DNA of 51,663 nucleotides from Emiliania huxleyi CCMP1516 (taxonomy: Eukaryota), in the NCBI RefSeq assembly GCF_000372725.1, contig NW_005201092.1, forward strand, positions 117,683 to 169,345, given 5' to 3'. Positions 48,613 to 51,663 of the stretch are shown in pieces. A program made the position numbers and the translations under genes. How positions within the stretch are numbered: the stretch's first letter is position 1; the number at the start of each line of letters is the position of its first letter. A model generated the notes under the pieces. It saw nothing but the letters and a program-made list of their open reading frames with translations, searched no databases and was not told the DNA's origin.

Positions 48613-48910
48613 AAGGGCACCCTTTTCGCCAGCCCGACGAGCACTGCTCCGAGCAGCGCCTTTCGTGGGGTGTGGGACAGCCATGGCGGTGCCGGTGGAA
48701 GTACCTCTCTCTGGAAGTCCCCCCGCGCCGCCGGCGGTCGACGTCGAGCGCCGTCCCGCGACTCCCGACACCCGAGTGGCGAGGGGCGAGCGTCCCGTCT
48801 TTTTGCATTTTGGCAACCCTTCAAGTGGTTGCTTAGTCCCGCACAGCGACACTCTTGTGTCTCGCGAGTCGTGTCTGTGATACCTGATACTCGCCTACGC
48901 TCTTCAACAC

Positions 48911-49055
48911 ATGCATTGCGAGCCTCGGGGGTGCATGTGCAGTACGCGCACACGGCACACAGACACACGACATAACGCAACGCATGCAAACGGCATGCAT
49001 CGGCAAGAAACACGCGCGGTGCTGAGCCGCCCGCACAGAGGGCGCGCGACGCACT
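48911..49055 (+). repeat. Dispersed repeat (second copy at ~50213-50342)
   Basis: ATGCATTGCGAG...GCAGTACGCGCACACGGC...CGGCAAGAAACACGCGCGGTGCTGAG is shared. Confidence 0.8.
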
Positions 49056-51184
49056 NNNNNNNNNNNNNNNNNNNNNNNNNNNNNNNNNNNNNNNNNNNNN
49101 NNNNNNNNNNNNNNNNNNNNNNNNNNNNNNNNNNNNNNNNNNNNNNNNNNNNNNNNNNNNNNNNNNNNNNNNNNNNNNNNNNNNNNNNNNNNNNNNNNNN
49201 NNNNNNNNNNNNNNNNNNNNNNNNNNNNNNNNNNNNNNNNNNNNNNNNNNNNNNNNNNNNNNNNNNNNNNNNGGCGCGGGGTTCGTCCGGCCTTAGAGAC
49301 GAGAGAAGAAGAGGGAGACGCGGCCCTGGCGGATGGCGCATTATCTTCATTGACAGAGCACCGTAACGCATATCAATCAGAACACAGGCCTGCAGGGCCA
49401 GGGCGCAGGGGGCGCGGGGCACCGAAAGCCAAAGAATGGCAAAACAAAAAAGAGTGAGAGCTTTATTTACCTCTGGAGCCGTATCGGCCCCAGCACACGC
49501 ACATTGTGAAACGAGAGTTGAGAGGATGGAGAGCCGTGTGTAGCATAGACAGGAGGAGGAGCGGATGCTTGCATGCGCTACTGTACGGGGTGTGGACCCT
49601 GAGTTGACCTGGGGTTGTGCGCTGGGCCCTCCTGCTCGGCTCCAGCCAGTAGACAAGTGTTACCATCAACAGAGGAGAAGGATATGACCTCAGGGCTGAT
49701 GTGACCAAGCGCTGGTAGCGTGGTTTTACCTCACACCCATGGTCTCACAGTGTGCCGGCAGTCGCCGAGCAGTGTCGCTCACACAAGCCGCAGCACGAGT
49801 GACTGAGGGCCAGTGAGGGCGAGCCCATCGCTGTCACAGCTGTGGCAGCCGCACAGTAGGCTGTGCCAACTGTGCAGAGCGTATGAGCAGCAGAGGAGCT
49901 GCTCTCCAGGCTTCAGGCGCAAAGAGCTGCATGCCACCGAAAGCGCTGTCGAGGTTCGCCGAGCGCGGCGAAATCGGGGGACGCCGTCACCGACGAGCGC
50001 GTTGGACTTTTCACTCCGGACAAAGACGGGTAGACGCACACGAGCCGCGGTCGTCTACCCGTCATAGCGGCGAGGCGTGGGACCGTCTGTGGCGAAGTGG
50101 GTCGCGTCCCCCGATTTCCTCAACTCAGGGTCCGCTCCCTCTATGTCAGGACTCTGTCAGGACTCTGTCAGGACTGTCAGGACAGTTGCGGGAGCTCCAC
50201 AAACCAGGTTACATGCATTGCGAGAGGGTGTGCATATGCAGTACGCGCACACGGCGACACAACGCAACGTATGCAAACGGTATGCATCGGCAAGAAACAC
50301 GCGCGGTGCTGAGGCGCGCGGACAGAGGGCGCGCGACGCACTCGCGGCGTGAGAGCCGGAAGAGGCAGGTGGGTTGGGTGGAGGTTTGGGGGGGGGGGGG
50401 GGGGGGGGTNNNNNNNNNNNNNNNNNNNNNNNNNNNNNNNNNNNNNNNNNNNNNNNNNNNNNNNNNNNNNNNNNNNNNNNNNNNNNNNNNNNNNNNNNNN
50501 NNNNNNNNNAGCCGGAGGGAGGAGGGAGGAGAGGAGGGAGGAGCGGAGAGGAGCGGAGGGAGGAGAGGAGGGAGGAGAGGAGGGGGGAGAGGAGGGAGGA
50601 GAGGAGAGGAGGAGGGAGGAGGGAGGAGAGGAGAGGAGGAGGGAGGAGGGAGGAGCGGAGAGGTGTGGGAGGGAGGGAGGGAGAGGAGAGCGGAGCGGAG
50701 GGAGGAGGCGGCAGAGGAGAGAGGGGGCAGGAGGGAGGAGGGCGGAGAGTGGAGTCGCGCGAGCGCCTCGTCAATCGCGGCATTGGCCATATCTCTCCCC
50801 GTATCTCCCCACATCTCCGAGCGCCTCGTCAATCGCGGCATTGGCCGCCGCCTCTGCGCTCGCCCACGCCGCCGCCTCCGTGTCGATCTCGCCTGATCTC
50901 GCGCGATTCCGAATCAGGCACGGCCTCCTGACCCGCACGCCCGTCGGAGAAATGGGGAGATACGGGGAGGTGTGGGGAGGTGTGGGGAGAGGTGGGGGGG
51001 AGGTGGGGAGATGTGGGGAGATGTGGGGAGGTGTGGGGAGGTGTGGGGAGATGCGTGTACTGACCAGGGGTGCGTTGCAGGGATGCGTGTACTGACCAGC
51101 TTATCTCTCGGCTCACCTCGGCTCCCCTCGGCTCCCCTCGGCTCCCCTCGCCTCCTCTCGGCTCCTCTCGCATCTAAAGCGCCG

Positions 51185-51663
51185 CACCGAGACGAGCGCC
51201 GCCACGCGGCCCCGCAGCTCGGGGAAGAGGGAGAGGGCGGCGGCGGCGTCGACCGCCCCCTTGGAGTGGCCGAGCAGCACGACGCGCGCCTAATCTCGGC
51301 TCAATCTCGGCTCAATCTCGTGCGATCTCGACCGCCCCCCCCCGCTTGAGTGGCCGAGCGGCACGACGCGCCTCTGGCTCCCCTCCAGACAGCTCCAGCA
51401 CCTGGGGGAAGGTTCCGAGAAGCGTCCCCTCCGCCGGACATGGTGCAGTGCGGGAATGACCGGGCGATGCGGGCGGGGTGTGGGTCGATCTCGAGCGATC
51501 TCGGTCGATCTGGGTCGATCTCGAGCGATCTCGAGCGATCTCGAGCGATCTCGAGCGATCTCGGAGACCGCCTCGTGCATCAGTCGCGCCGCGTTGACTC
51601 TCACGGGCTGGTCGGTGTCGATGCGCGAGCAGGTCAGGGTGAGGCCGAGCCTTCGATCTCGCG
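51185..51663 (-). CDS. Alpha/beta-hydrolase (lipase-like, GHSKG motif), partial
   Basis: Exons join as ...RIDTDQPVRVNAARLMHE|VLELSGGEPE|ARVVLLGHSKGAVDAAAALSLFPELRGRVAALVSV through GC-AG introns 51402-51571 and 51290-51371. Confidence 0.75.

Overview
GC-rich eukaryotic genomic DNA with six assembly gaps. Many GC-AG introns filled with (ATCTCCCC)n or (CCGAGAT)n repeats suggest a haptophyte such as Emiliania/Gephyrocapsa huxleyi (inferred). Supported genes are a proline-rich surface protein (or two adjacent ones), a secreted His-brace LPMO-like protein, a small Cys-rich protein, TatD, an atypical MAPK, a zinc-knuckle protein, an FABP-like protein, a frameshifted DusA/methyltransferase fusion, a Cys-rich membrane protein and a GHSKG alpha/beta-hydrolase. 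Mobile DNA includes CRE-like non-LTR fragments, an RNase H remnant and a TIR MITE with a 3-bp TSD. Two signals stand out. (1) About a dozen introns consist of a duplicated copy of the next exon's start plus a short filler ending in AG, and one ~40-nt filler (TGTGAAC...GTGAAYAG) is shared by two unrelated genes, suggesting an intron-generating process. (2) A 2.5-kb gene-carrying segment with no transposase is inserted precisely at a CG dinucleotide of a repeat whose empty site lies in the same window. Gene models and family calls come from reading the sequence by eye, without database searches.
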